Positions 13,397 to 26,769 are shown, counted from the stretch's first letter. The stretch: 64,000 nt of DNA from Marsupella aquatica (GCA_973895155.1 OZ316891.1:21092169-21156168), one strand, 5' to 3'. Notes: generated by a model from the letters alone, not told the origin. A program made the numbers and translations.

Positions 13397-14147
13397 TTTG
13401 ACATAATTATATTCTTTCCATCCACGTCAATATTGGTGTGACTTTGAACCCATATTGGTTTGACTAGAGCCAGGGTCTAGAGTCTTCACTCTACAAAGTA
13501 ACCTAGACCTCAACTTTAGCTTCTTATCAATATTTCATTATTCTTTCCATCCACATTAATTTGCAAGGTATTACAGACTTCCATCCATATAAAACTTGGT
13601 GTGTCAATATATAGAGGTAGAGTCTTCACTCTAGAAACCTAGACCCTAAGAGTAGGGGGTTTAGACTTTACACCATAGCTAGCTGGGCTCTAGAGTCAAG
13701 GTACTCGGTACATCAAAATATGACATATTATGTGTACAACAGCATTCTATATCATGATAAACCTTATTATTTTCTTCACTCCATATGATTGATAAACTTT
13801 ATTATTTTCTTCACTCCATATGATGATAAACATTATTGGCAACGGGTGGCAAGACTAGAGTCCCGGGGTCTAGACCTTAGGGTCGATTAGTTACGGTAGA
13901 TGTCTGGTGAACAAAATGTCCTCGAGGCACACGCCTCTTAAAATCCACGAGCTCCTGAAATTCTTGTCAAGCCCTCGTCAGTCTAAAACTTATGTGAGAG
14001 GCATATATCTCCAGCCAGGGATGAGTATGACAGAAACTCCAACTAGACGACCACTAGACAGCCAACTGAGCACTTGATTCACAAATTCCCTCCCTCGACA
14101 GATCCATCGACACTCCGTGACTCAGCACTCTTCCTTGATCGGTCGTC

Positions 14148-14510
14148 ATGCCAACTGAAGAGATTTTTCGTAGTCAGCCTCCTTTCCCGGATGATGTGCC
14201 GACAATTAATCTTCCTAGACTGTCATATGGAAGATTGCTCGCATTTGACCAGTTCGAGTCCAAAAGACTCTTTGAAGCCAGTGCACACTATGGCTTCTTC
14301 TTGCTCGACCTTCAGGACACACCAGAAGGCGAGAGTTTTGCGAAAGATGCAGTCGGTGTCCTCGAACTCGACCGCGATGTCCACGCTCTCGATATTTCAG
14401 ATAAGCTGAGATTGACAGGCCTTGAGCTGCCGCAGCTTAAAACGGTTGGGTGAGGACCCTCTCCCTGTTCCAGTTGCTAGACGGGATCAATGCGGCTCTT
14501 TGATCTTTGA
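14148..14510 (+). pseudogene. 2OG-Fe(II) dioxygenase copy 2, truncated within the intron
   Basis: Exon 1 nearly identical to copy 1. Homology stops at 14510, where the copia LTR fragment begins. No exon 2. Confidence 0.9.
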
Positions 14511-14515
14511 ATGGT

Positions 14516-17229
14516 CGGTCACCAGACATGACTATATATACCACCACTAATGGCTATTCAGATATTCATTCTCATTCCATTCATACTCTCACAATATGAT
14601 GATATGATATGACATGATGGTGATGCTATTTGGCTACCAAAACTACCGCAAGTTAAGTGTGGCCCATTGAATTGTGCTAAGTGTGGCCCACTGAATTCTC
14701 GACCGGACCAGCCGACTATTCAAAGAATCTACAGTTTCTTGCTAGGTGGTTTGTCATGCCACATTCATGGCATTTCGGTCGTTCCCGTTGTTGTCGGGAT
14801 TGTGACCAATCGTTTCTACGGTTGTTGTTATATGTTCTACCACCGCCGCGTCCACCACGTCCACCACGTCCTCCTCGTCCTCCGCATCCTCCATGTCCTT
14901 CTCGTCCACCACGTCCTCCACGTCCTCTAAAGGTCCGTTGGGAGTTATATTGTGGACGTTGGTTATAGAAACTCCCCCTTTTGTGGGTGTTTCTCCGGTT
15001 GCTATTCTTAGTGCGTTTAATGCCTTGCCTCGATGTGGAGGGTTCATCATTTTCTATGTTATGGGTTTCATTCTGTTGTCCTGAGGGCATTGTGCCCGCA
15101 GGTCGTTTTCTAGAGTTTACGAAAAGAAGTTCTTGGTTTCTTTCGGTGACTAGGAGGTGGGCTATGAGCTCGGAGTATTGCCCGAACTTCATGTTTCGAT
15201 ACTGTGTTGATAGCCACACATTCGATGAATGAAATGTCGACAAGGTCTTCTCTAGCAGATCCTTGTCTGTGACCGGCTCGCCACATAGTGCGAGGGTTGA
15301 GGTTATTCTAAAGAGTTCGCTGTTGTAGGCTGAAATTGAGGTAAAGTCCTGGACTCACAGGTTTAGCCAGTCTTGCCTAGCTTTAGGTAGTTCGACCAAT
15401 TTTTGGTGGTCGAATCGGGTTTGGAGCGCTGTCCAAAGTTCACGAGGGGTTGAGAGGTGCATGTATTGTCTTTGTAGGAATCTATGGATATGGCGTCTAA
15501 GGAATACAAGGGCCTTAGATTCGTTGGCTTTAGTTAACGGGTCTGGTTGGGGTTTGCCAGATAGTATGGGTTGAGCCATTCCTATAGCTGGGAGTAGGGT
15601 TAGCAAGGTAAGGTTCTCTCTGAGGTTCATTGACCATTCCAGGTAGTTGCTACCATCGATGTCTAGGGCTAGAAATGTTAATTTCTCTAGGTTGGTCATC
15701 GGGTTGGTGGCTTGATTTCTTTTAATGGTAATGGAGGCTTATATACTAGTAAGTATAGTAAGAAACGACAAAGCACATTTCTGCGGCATGCAAAGTAGGG
15801 CTGGGTGGAGAGAGCATGCAAATCCGGAATTCAATTTTAGGGTTTGCACTTAGGATTTAGGTTTTCCTTGATATTTGGTTAACTGCAAAGTTTCCTTTGT
15901 ATTTGCTTTTTCCTTTGTTAAACTGTGCAGTAATGGAATTGTGCAGTTTGTGCAGTTATGGGTGGTAATATACTCGTGCCTTGGTTAAGTGCACATGCGG
16001 CTTTGTAAAGTAAATTTTTCTTGGTTACGGTGTGCAGTTATGCAGATGTGCGCTTAGGTTTTGCAGTTATGGTTAAGTGCAACGTTTCCTTTGTAACTGA
16101 AATCTCTTTGACGGATTTTTCACTTAAAGAGGGTTTGCGGTTATGTGCGATTATGGGTCGTGCACTTAGCGGATTTCGATCGGGCTCGACGTTCTCTCGG
16201 TGTTTTTGGGCTGTTGTTGCACTTTTTTCCTTGTGTCCGCTCGCGACCTCTATTCTTGGGCTTCTCCCTTCATTGCCTTCGATCGTCGTTGCCTTGTGCC
16301 TCTTTTTGATTTTCTCTCAGGTTCGCTTTTCAGCAGTTTCTGTAGGTGATCGATCGATGCTTCTGTGCTTTTGACGCTGTTGCTGTTGCTTGCCATCCGT
16401 GACGGCCCTTTGCACAGCTCCCTATGCCGACTGTCACATCACCGGAACCTATGTTTAACGCCCAGGCTCCTGACTTATTGCTTCTGCACTGTGTTTGGGT
16501 TAAATTCTCCCTTTACTGCCGTGAGTCTCTGGCCCATGTGAATGTTAATCCTTGCTTTTCTCGCTGCGCCTATGATAGGCGATCTCTCATTCGATGCTGC
16601 CCTTATGGAGTTTCTCCTTTCGATTTGCGCGGCGGAGGCTTTCTGCTGTCCTTATCAGGATCCTCTCCAAGTCACGCCTTCTCTCCTCGTTCCTCCGGCC
16701 AGAAATGGCTTTACCGCGCACAATACCCGAATACGCTCCCCTTCTTTTCTCTCCCGTCTTCATGGATTCGCCTTTAGATTGCTTAATTCGCCGTGGCTAT
16801 TCTGCTTCTGTGCGTTTGCTCTCTGTTTTCACGCCTTCTGCATCGCCATCGATTCGTTATAAGGAGCTATAATTTTAAGTGTGTATGGCCCCCTTTGCTC
16901 CTGATCTGATTGTACTCTTTAATTCCTAATCGATGTCCTTATGCTGTTTTCGTTTTCTGCACCCTACTCTGATTCGATCATGGTCTCCTCCTTTAAATTA
17001 CTTCTTTTCTGAAGTCTTCCTCTCGATCCCCCATTCGACATTCAAAAAATTTCAATCTTCCAGGTTTTCTCCTTTTTTTTTCGCTCCGCTGGCTGAGACC
17101 TCATGCTGATAACGTGTGAGAGTATGAATGGAATGAGAATGAATATCTGAATAGCCATTAGTGGTGGTACATATAGTCATGTCTGGTGACCGGCTGGTCC
17201 GGTCATCCGGCTAGAGGTAGAGTCTAACA
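14516..17229 (-). mobile_element. Rearranged, pol-less Ty1/copia (Bianca-lineage-like) LTR retrotransposon
   Basis: 5' LTR 17229-17115 (TGTTAG...CTCACA) is followed by the Bianca-type PBS CGTTATCAGCA, a long leader and gag. A 78-bp LTR copy lies at 14516-14593 in opposite orientation. Confidence 0.85.
14716..15699 (-). pseudogene. gag: Copia (Bianca-like) gag with RGG tract and CCHC zinc knuckle; one internal stop
   Basis: MTNLEKLTFLALDIDGSNYLEW...NL*VQDF...EKTLSTFH...CHECGMTNHLARNC. Both ORFs share one frame across a TGA at 15355-15357. Truncated right after the knuckle. Confidence 0.88.
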
Positions 17230-18827
17230 CATATATATATATATATACTCGACTATAAAACCCCATCAGTGAGGATGCCCTAAAGAAAACCCTCCATTTT
17301 TAGTTGAACGTCAGCATGTGGCGGAGCTCCCAAAGATTGGACTACTTTAGTAGTAATTGGTGTTTATCTAGGGCGTCTTCCTGGTAATATGGTAATATTA
17401 TTACTACCCTCCAAAAGCTTGAGACGGAAAACAGGTTTTACTCAATTGGAGTATGGTAGTAACTACATCCTTAGACGATCTGCCAGTTCTTGCATCAAGG
17501 TGCCACTATTTGTTTCATCAACTGAAGGCATGTTCCACTGTGGGTGCCTTGCATTAGTAATGAAACAATCGGGCTGCTCAGAACTGGCCAGGGGCCTGAC
17601 TTGAGGATGCAGGGTTAATCCCATAACAAACTCTAGGTATAGGACCAATTTAATGAATTTTTTAATGGGGCAATGGAGCATTGATCCACCCCATAAGGAC
17701 AGAAGTTATGGCCTAAACCCGTCATCTCAAATATAATTATGTCCTTTTTTTGTTCCTTCCAGGGCCTCAATCCAAGGAGTATCTCATATCCTGCACTAAG
17801 TTTTGGGGGAACAAACACCTTTGCTAAACTTAAGTAAATCAAGTTTTTTAAAGGAATTTGTTTACCCCTAACTTATGCAATATTCTTGGAATATTATCAC
17901 ATTTTGTTGTAATAAGCCTATGATTCCTATAATTCTACAAAAATTTAAAAGTCTTTCACTAAAACCAATAAAAATACACAATACTTATTTGTGCGTGATG
18001 GGTCTAAAGTAAAGAAGTGAGGACCTTGGGTTTCTTCCATGATGTCACCCCCAATGCAGTAGGTAGAGCCATGTCAAGTTGCCTTTCAGCTCTCACCCCA
18101 GATCCCAAGGAATTAAAAGAAATCCGGACCAGGTAATCAACACCCTTGTCACATAATTCATCATTAGCACTTAATTGCAGTTTTTCTAACTTGGGGGTCT
18201 CACTATATGGAGCCGTTGCCCCCCACCCGCCCCCCCCCCCCCACCAACAACTTGTGTATGACATTTTGAATGCTCCGACACTAAAAACCTGGCTATGGTA
18301 AGAAAAACAGACTTCTTAATTTTTAACTTGTACTAATTTAGAACATTCTTAGACTATTCTAAAATTTGGTTTAAATATAGTGTCTTTATTAGTGGTCCCA
18401 AAATTGGATTTCAAATTCTAGCCGGCAAAGACCCTAATGTTCTTTTACAGAAAATTAAAAGTGTAGTTATCTTAGAATCAATAAAATGAAACTATGTTTT
18501 TTTTGCACAAGACGTGTCATTTTTGCAGACTGAAGTGAAAGCCTTGATTTCCCAGATTTCCAGATTTACTGGCTACGGTCAAATGTTTGAGCAGTATTCA
18601 TGCCTAAGATTAGCAGACCATGGTTAAGGTTACTGGTTCAGTATTGGGCCTTTGAGATCCAAAGATGTTATCCTAGTGTTGTCAAGTTAGAGAGGCCCCC
18701 GCAGAGGCCCCAATAAGGCAAAGTTAGTTTTGAGGCAAACACATCAACATCTTCGAGGCTATACAACAGACAGGTACACCTATAGACATTTAATATGAAG
18801 GTACCTTGTGTTATAGAGACTCGGTGG

Positions 18828-19920
18828 CCCGGTTTGAGACTTGCCCGGCAAATAGAGCGATTTGAGGCCATCAAACGGCAAGTCGGCACCGGGACCGTCC
18901 CGGTCTCCATGTCCCGGTCTCAATGCGTACTTCCCGGCCCGGCCCGGCCCGGCCCTGAAACACCCAAAAAACCCCCCGGCCCAACCATCCCAGCCTAAGG
19001 ATCCCGGCAAAACCCCCCGGCCCTGACCCAATCCCCCGATCCCTGTCCCGGCCCCCAACCCGAGTGAACTTCCACCCCCCCCCCCCCCGCCCCATCCCCC
19101 GGTCTCCCCCCTCCCCCTTCGAACACTCCTGGCCCCGACTTTTTCCCGGACCCTCTCACCCAGACCCGGCCCCGGCCCAAGCCTCAAGCCGGCTCCTCCC
19201 CTCGGGGGCCTCAATCCAAGGGGTGTCCCATATCACGTGCAAAGTTTTGGGGGAATAAACACCCTAAAAGTTAAGTCAATAAAGTTTTTTGGGGAATTTT
19301 TTTACCCCTAACTTAATGGAATATTCTAAGAATAGTCCCAAACCCGGTCCCAAATTTGATTTTAAAAAACCCTATGATTCTTAGAATTCTCAAAATTGGA
19401 TTAAAATAACCCTAATGTTCTTCAACAAAAATTTAAAAGTATTTCACTGAACCCAATAAAAGAATCCTATACTTATTCACACGTGATGGGTAGGAAGAAA
19501 AGAAGTGAGGACCCCGGGCTCCTCCCCCCACCCGGCCCAGCCTCGGACCCGGCCCCTCCCCTCAAATCAGGTCCTCACCTCACCCGGGCCTGGCACTCAC
19601 CTCCCCTCACCCGGACCCGGCCTCCCCTCCCCTCCCCTCCCCTGATCCGGCCCGCCCCATCCCGCCCTTGGCTATGGTTAAGTTGGGGCCTGGACAGGGT
19701 GGGGCGGGTCCAGGTGAGGGGAGGGGCCGGGCAGGGCCGGGTCTGAGAGGGGAAGGGCGGCAGGGTCCGGGACGAGGCCAGGTCTTGGCCGGAAAGAGTT
19801 TAGGCCGGGCCGGGCCGGGGAATAAATGCAAATATACGTCAAATAGAGCAATTTTAGTTCGGCAAATGCCGACTTTACGTGCCGGGCAACTCGGCAAGTT
19901 GCCCGTCACTTCAAACCGGG
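18828..19920. mobile_element. GC-rich non-autonomous TIR element with 8-bp TSD
   Basis: TSD CTCGGTGG at 18820-18827 and 19921-19928. Termini CCCGGTTTGA / TCAAACCGGG. Inverted subterminal (CCCGG)n tracts around an AT-rich family core. Confidence 0.85.
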
Positions 19921-22284
19921 CTCGGTGGAGACTGCTCAAGCTTTCTTGTTCTACTGAGATTTTGTTGTGTATTTTTGTTTCAATGTACCTTAGACAAGGT
20001 ACATCTTGTACTGTTGGATTTTCAAAAAGAATGGCACCCTCTTAATGTTCTATTCTAGCAAGAGTTTTCACTACCTCTAGCCCCATCCCTATCTATGAAT
20101 TTTTCAATCTTGCTCGTCACTATTTGCTACACTGTGTTAGATTTTTTTCTCAATTAATCAAGTAATGTTTAATTGAAGTTCCATACATGAGAGAGATGCT
20201 ATCTGTTCTCATGAGTGTGAGAAAGGAAGTCTTCTGGATAATGTGGGCCACTTTTTCTGACTAAGTGAACAATATTCATGCTACAGTGTGTTTCCTAAGT
20301 TTATGGTTTTGATTAAGTGTCACTAAATAAAATCGTTACATGAGAAGTACATGAAAAGCCACCACTTTTTTGAACAGGATTCACAATCGTTTAGAAGCTC
20401 AAAAGTTACCTCCTAGAAATATGCCCCATTCAAGAATGATGTGTGGGAAGTGTTTCAAAAGTGGGGCCAACACATTGTAAGGCCATCATGAGGTCCAAGA
20501 GACAATTACATACCAAGTCACCCAAAACTTGCTTTTATTAAGGTATTTGATAACAAAATTTTCCCCAGCTTTAACAAGGAATTATTATTATTTTTCTCAA
20601 AACAGGAGTTTTTTTAGTGAAACACAACTCATTTATACTACTTTGCTTTCCTTTGGGGGATACTAATACCTTCAGTTGTCTTATCTTACTAGAGAAAGTT
20701 GTTTTGATGATTCACCTGGATATTGTAGTCCAAAAAGTTTTTTATCACCATCAAATAGCCTTGTCCACCTTTATCTTCAGATATTTTGGGCAACTCCAAA
20801 GCCCGCTCCAAAGTCAATTTTATGGGCTTCTTCAGTTGGCAGCTTGAGACATTCATGGACCGGTGGGTTCCATCGGGAACCACCACTATCTGTTTGACCA
20901 CACACTTTTGTCAATGAATTTCAATCATGACATTATTGTGTGCTCAAGCTCAGCCAATCTACGATCAATCTCTCACCGTGAGTGCTACTGTGCCTCCACA
21001 GTGGCTTGCCCCCTTACAGCACTTCCATGTCCCACTTGAAAATTTGGTTATGACACTAGATGTGTATTAGCTAGCTTGTGGCACTTAAATTGAGTTTGAC
21101 CCTAAATTAACTCACCATATCATTGTACTGATCAATAGCTCTTTTCCTTCTTTTTGTAACTATGCTTTCCTCTTTGAATGTGTTCTTTGTACAGGTGTCA
21201 CCCCATGTTGCAAAGGGTGAAACTTTCTTAAGTGGGGGAAAGACTTGTTATAGCAGGTTGCCTTGTGAGGGTGACCAGTTCACCAAGGTTGCCATATGTT
21301 GTGCCAAAGGGTATACCTTGACGAATAAGGATTGAGGCAAGCCTCATTCTTCCAAGTTAATCCATTTGGCGCTCATAGAGTCTTGTGTAGTGTGGCCATG
21401 GTCTGAGATTGGAGCAATGTTGGTTGACATGTAAAACACATTAAACCCCAATTTAAGGAATACCCCAATTTAAGGAATACTGAAGTATTAGATTAATTCC
21501 AATTTTATCTAAATATTATAAGTTAATGAATGATCAACCTCTTTAACATTTGGTGGGATAGTCAAAAACTTCAAATGTTTTGTTGCAAGATCTTTATAAC
21601 AATGCATCACTAAATGACATCAAGTACCTCTTGATCCATGCACAAATCCTTAATTAAACTGTCATTCATTGTTTCAATTGTCAATTTAATTACTATAGGG
21701 TTGAATACAAAAAAGATTGACCACCCTTTACAACAATTAATAGGATTGTTGTATATTACAATGTCTACTGGACATTCATTTGAATGTCAATAATATCATG
21801 CCTTAATATCACCAAACTAAGGCCCCACTGTCTAACTAATATTATATCTTAAATAAACTAACCAACTAACCAACTTGTCTATTTAATTACTATAGGGTTG
21901 AATACAAAAAAAGATTGACACGCACCAGGGTGCGTGACCTACAATCATAGTATCACCCTTTAATTAGTTAGTTTCTATTGCTTTGACTCAATCAGGCATG
22001 GAACCATATAAAATCAGAAATCATTGAAAGTTGAGTTCACTTGAAGGTGTAACTATAATTATTATTTATTAATAGGATTGTTGTATATTACAATGTCTAC
22101 TGGACATTCATTTGAATGTCAATAATATCATGCCTTAATATCACCAAACTAAGGCCCCACTAACTACTATTATATCTTAAATAAACTAACCAACGATAAG
22201 ACTTGTCTAAACTTGAGTTCTCTGCCTACTACTATTCTGAGTTGCCTTTTAAACTGTATGCTAAACTACATGCTTCATTACTGT

Positions 22285-25200
22285 CTAGGATTTGTCACTT
22301 GCTATGCATGTCAAGAGATAGTCTCTTGCCTTGACAACAACATTCTTTGGAATTCCTACCAGCCCTGTCACTGGTCCTTTGCGTGCTTTGAAACACCACA
22401 AGGCAGAGGAAACATCTATTGTCTCAGCTTCCTTGTATATTGGAGTTGGATCACGTTCCCATTTCTTATCCCAAGAATCTGCCCACCGCTCTCTTGGCTG
22501 CCAGTCTGATTGACCACGTTGCTTCTTTGCCATAAATGGTCTAAACCACTCAACGCCACATACATGAGTAAGAAGGTTTTGTTCATTCATTGGTCCTTCT
22601 ACCACATCTGTAACAACTAACCCCATATGGACGGCATAAACATCCAGGTCTGAGTCGTCCGGCCGTACCAACACATAACAACCCTTCACAACATCAACCC
22701 TAGGGTTAAAACTCTCAGGAGGTTTATCTTTTGCTGGTCCCACATAATCCACTGTTGCCTCCAACTCACATGCCACATTTTGATATTCTGGTGGAACGTG
22801 CTCTCTCCATATTGATAAAGGCCAAAACCCGTATTCCAAGTTGTGTGCACCTTCAGGTTCATATTGCACCTGCTCACCCTGTAGAGTATCTACAATGTCA
22901 TTCCAATAATTGATGAGTTGTCCAACATCGCTTTGGTTCTTCCTCTTTTGTTCGCTTTAGAATAAACTCAAAGAATGACACATGCTTCTTCAAACCTGTC
23001 AGCACTTCAGGAAGCATTTTCAACTCCATCATTGGTAGCCGTTTGGGCACCCCAATTGGGATGTGAGGACTTTTGTCATCTTTCCATGACCACATTTCAA
23101 TACCTTCCTTAGGTAACCATCCCTGATCAGTTGACTTCATTTTGTATTGGAAGCATGGCATACTATCATGACGAACATAGAACCTAAACAGCCTGGGTTT
23201 TAAATGCCCCACCAATGCCTCAGGGCCCTTCAACATGAATGGAGCTAAGTAGTTTTTGAAATCTAGGACCTCCTGTAGAAAATGTGGGACTGCATTGGGT
23301 GTCCTTGCTCTCATGAACAAGGACATTAACTCAGGCAATGAGTATGTGGGTTATGCATCATAGACTCTGAAAAATGCCCGAACATACCGTCAACATCCTC
23401 ATGAGTATGCCCAACCACCATAAAACCAAGATGAACCTCTTCAAACACCTCCCTTGCCGTCAACAATGACAAATAAGCCATCATATGTCTGTTCTTGTTA
23501 ACTGAGGCACAATTATCCAGTTGTAGCTTCAATACTTGTGGAAGGGGCCTGAACTTTGGTGCCTCAGGTGCTGCATCACAATGTAACAATCTCAGAATGC
23601 TTTTAAATAAAACCCTAGTCAGACCCTAAACCCCAATTTAGGGTTTAGGGTTTAAACCCTATTAATGAAACCTTGGCTAGGAGGAGCAACAACTACACAA
23701 AGTAGAGTGTCAGTGTGTGTGAGCTTATATTATTAAATAATAATAAATTAAAGGATTGTGAGTAAAGTACCTAGGCTTGAGCCCTGGGCCCTTAGTGTTA
23801 CTAATACAGGGAGGACGTGCGAACAACGCAAGGGTATTTTTAATGTAATGCAAACTAATTTTTATAACAGTTTTTAAAGTAGGCAACATCCCTCTATATA
23901 CATTCACCACAATATTAGTAATAAGGCAAGAATCAAATACATGTCACATAAATCTTATGCAAGGGTACCCAAAATGCCAAGTACACGCGTCACTATATGG
24001 TTGACACACATGTCATCACTTCATTTGCACACGTGTCCATATAGTAAATCAGATATTTAATTATTATCATCTTAAGGCAAGTTTGGTTTCGTTGGTCCCC
24101 TTATGGTGGAACAAATGGGTTAAGGTAGACATGTTTACCCGCATGTTTAGGAGTTAAGTGGGGAGTTGAGTAAATTTTGGGCCAGGATCTTTGGGCCCAA
24201 CTTGGTTGGGAAACTGGGATTGATGGGGATCCATGGATTAATCCCACATGGACGGACAAGATTACTTTTGAATTCCCTTGAATCAAACAGCCATGTATGA
24301 GGCCAGATGTGTTTGTGTATTGAGGGAGGGGTCTCGAGCGCTCAAACAATGTTTGTTATAGTTGGTTCAGACTTTGAAGTATTATTCCTGGATTATACAT
24401 ATATAGTACTAATGAAAACTAGAAGTTCAGAGGCACTTTTGCGAACACTAAAACAAAACTGCAGGTCTATGTGTAAACTATAGGAAGAACTATAATTTTC
24501 TCTCGTCCTAATTTTGTTTATCTATATAAAATATGTACCTTGAACATCGAGCATAACATACAAGTCCCCTATGAAAGATAAAGTTTTAACTATTTCAGTA
24601 TGATATTTGTAATTCTAAAAATTCAAGGGTGTTTTCAATTCCTTGAAAAACTCTATTATAATTTATAAAAGGATAAAATTTAATAGGAAAAGTTAATATT
24701 TTTACATTAACAAGGGGATTTTTTTTGTGAACAAAAATATTAAGAAGGGGTACACGGGGGGTATCTGTTCTCAGGGGGGTTCACTTGATATAGTAAGAGT
24801 GAGGGCCCAGGGGGCTTGAGATGTAGGCAATGTCATCCTCAAATGCTCTAAGGACACTTGCCTCCAAGATATCTGCTCTCCCAAAAAGGAGGTCTTTAAA
24901 AAGACTTGTCGAGTCTGGCCCCTCCACAAGTGATTTGATCATTGGATTTGGGTTTTCCAACATCCTTAGTATTGAATCAATTGACCCAATAGTGATGTTG
25001 ACATCACCTGGCCACACTCCAACATGATATTGGGCTATGGCCTTGGGACCATGACCATGAGTAAGGATACCAGTGACAATAATTGGGAACTTTTGGGCAC
25101 CATCCACATGCTTAGGATTGAAGGGCATTCTTGGGAGAGCTATCTTTGAATGATCCATCTTATCATGAATAAGGCATAACACTTCCTTTGGACGATGGAT

Positions 25201-26699
25201 GGACTCATATCTCCAGGTATGATAGCACATTCTTTGTTGTGTGTGGTCTTGGTGATGTTCCTCCTTGTCACGCCTTAGGCCCTCTAACTCTTCCTTAGCT
25301 CCTATAAGGTTTGCTTTCCGTTGAAGCAACTCACTACAAGTTGTACACTTTGAAAAGTTGTTGCCCTTTTTGTGACGTGAGAACTCCCTGAAATACATCT
25401 GATGTAGATGACTCAAGGTGGGTTGGGAAATTGGAGGAAGACCAGCCTCCTGGTTGACAACATTAACCCTGTTTCTAATATTCTCCCAAGTAAGATTTGT
25501 TGGCAATTCCCTCAAAACCATCCTTGTATTATCTGCCATGGTTCTCAACTTGGCTGGATGATGATCAGCTGCCTCCTCAATAATCTCTTTCATTGACATG
25601 AACGCTTGAGATACTTTCTCGGACATACGCCTTTTTCCAGCATTACCATGGGTACCTATGTTCATTCCAGCCATCACAGTCTTCTTCAAGGCATAAAATT
25701 GAGTCTTTCCTCTTGAATGAATGATTCTCCATGCCTCCAAGCACAATACTTTGCCCTCCACTGCTAGAATCCTTTCTCCAGTACCCAAGTGTATTGTATT
25801 TTAATAGCCTTGATTTCCTCCTCCTTGCGCTCCACAAAAGATTTTGACCACCACTTTTGCCTAATTGCCATAGCCAAGTTGCGGTCCAAATATTGGCAAC
25901 AATGTTCACTACAACAGTCCTTAGTGTTTATCAACAACACATCTTGACGTGCCAAAGATGTGTCTCTTCTAGATGTCTGGGAAGATGGACTCTTTCTTTT
26001 TCTACTTTTATGGACGTAGGACCGCAGCTTGCCACTTGTTGGAGATGTGTTCCCTCCCACAGCTTGCCTGATGTTGTGGAAAGACAACAAGTTGCCATCC
26101 TTGGCAATGAGTTGGTCCATCGACCAAGCTTTTAAACAATCTCTATGCTTCAGGTGATCTATGATAGCTCCCTCGACAAAATCGTTGATCAGAATTCCCA
26201 CATGTGTATTCCCAAGGGTGACATCCCCAAGCTTCACTATAGGATCTAGAACATGTATAGTTGCCACTGCAAAAATCAACTTGTTCTCATCCACCACCTT
26301 TACAGGCATGCCCATCCACAAAGCCTTTGGTAAAACTACTTCCACACCAGACCGACTCTCATTATGGTTGTTCCCATCAGAATTTTGATTGACTGGATCT
26401 TGATCATCACCAACAGTGCCAAACACATCCTCCGATTCCATGGGAGCTCGAAAAGGCTGATTCCTTTCCCATACAAGGTAACCCCCAATCATGTCCTGCA
26501 AAAGTTCGCCATCTTTGCATAGAATGGTCTCGTCAAAAACTTCCTCCAATAGAAGAAGAACTTTGTCCGCCCCAAGAGGAACATTGTGACAAACCCTGGA
26601 AGGATCAAGACTTATCACGCGACCTTTTCCAACCTGTTTCTCACGTATGCCTATAATAACTTGTCCGCCTTCCCTGATCCAGACTGTCGATGTCACCAT
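22285..26699 (-). pseudogene. Sola-like (DUF7869-type) DDD transposase, roughly 1050 codons, frameshifted and interrupted by a 1.25-kb insert
   Basis: Motifs FSKCTTC..H, HDKMD, LQLDNCASVNKN and GFMVVGHTHEDVDGMF match the Sola-type catalytic signature. Two En/Spm TnpA-like repeats at the N-terminus. Frameshifts near 25790, 23335 and 22900. Confidence 0.78.
23582..24829. mobile_element. 1248-bp TG...CA insertion (solo-LTR-like) in the transposase
   Basis: Ends TGTAACAATCTCA / TGAGATGTAGGCA. Removing it restores EDDI-CDAAPEAPK in frame. No clean 5-bp TSD; CAATGT repeats overlap both junctions. Confidence 0.6.
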
Positions 26700-26769
26700 A
26701 ATAATTATGATCCTGCACATCAGAGAATATCACTGTAAGCGTACAGTCCTGTCATGTCCGTCAATTTCA

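Larger units (their letters stand above)
11735..14510 (+). repeat. Partial third copy of the dioxygenase unit (upstream region + exon 1 + start of intron)
   Basis: Collinear with 2597-4010 except for the MULE insertion. Flank 11170-11660 matches about 50090-50210. Confidence 0.9.

Noticed and set aside
14667-15050. Pro/His-rich plus-strand ORFs and a stand-alone RGG protein
   Set aside because: Shadow frames of the copia gag nucleocapsid region.
18780-20045. Gly/Pro/Arg-rich ORFs on both strands
   Set aside because: They arise from GC-rich low-complexity arms of a TIR element bounded by a TSD.
23620-23662. Interstitial telomere
   Set aside because: Only about two TTTAGGG-like units, inside an insertion.
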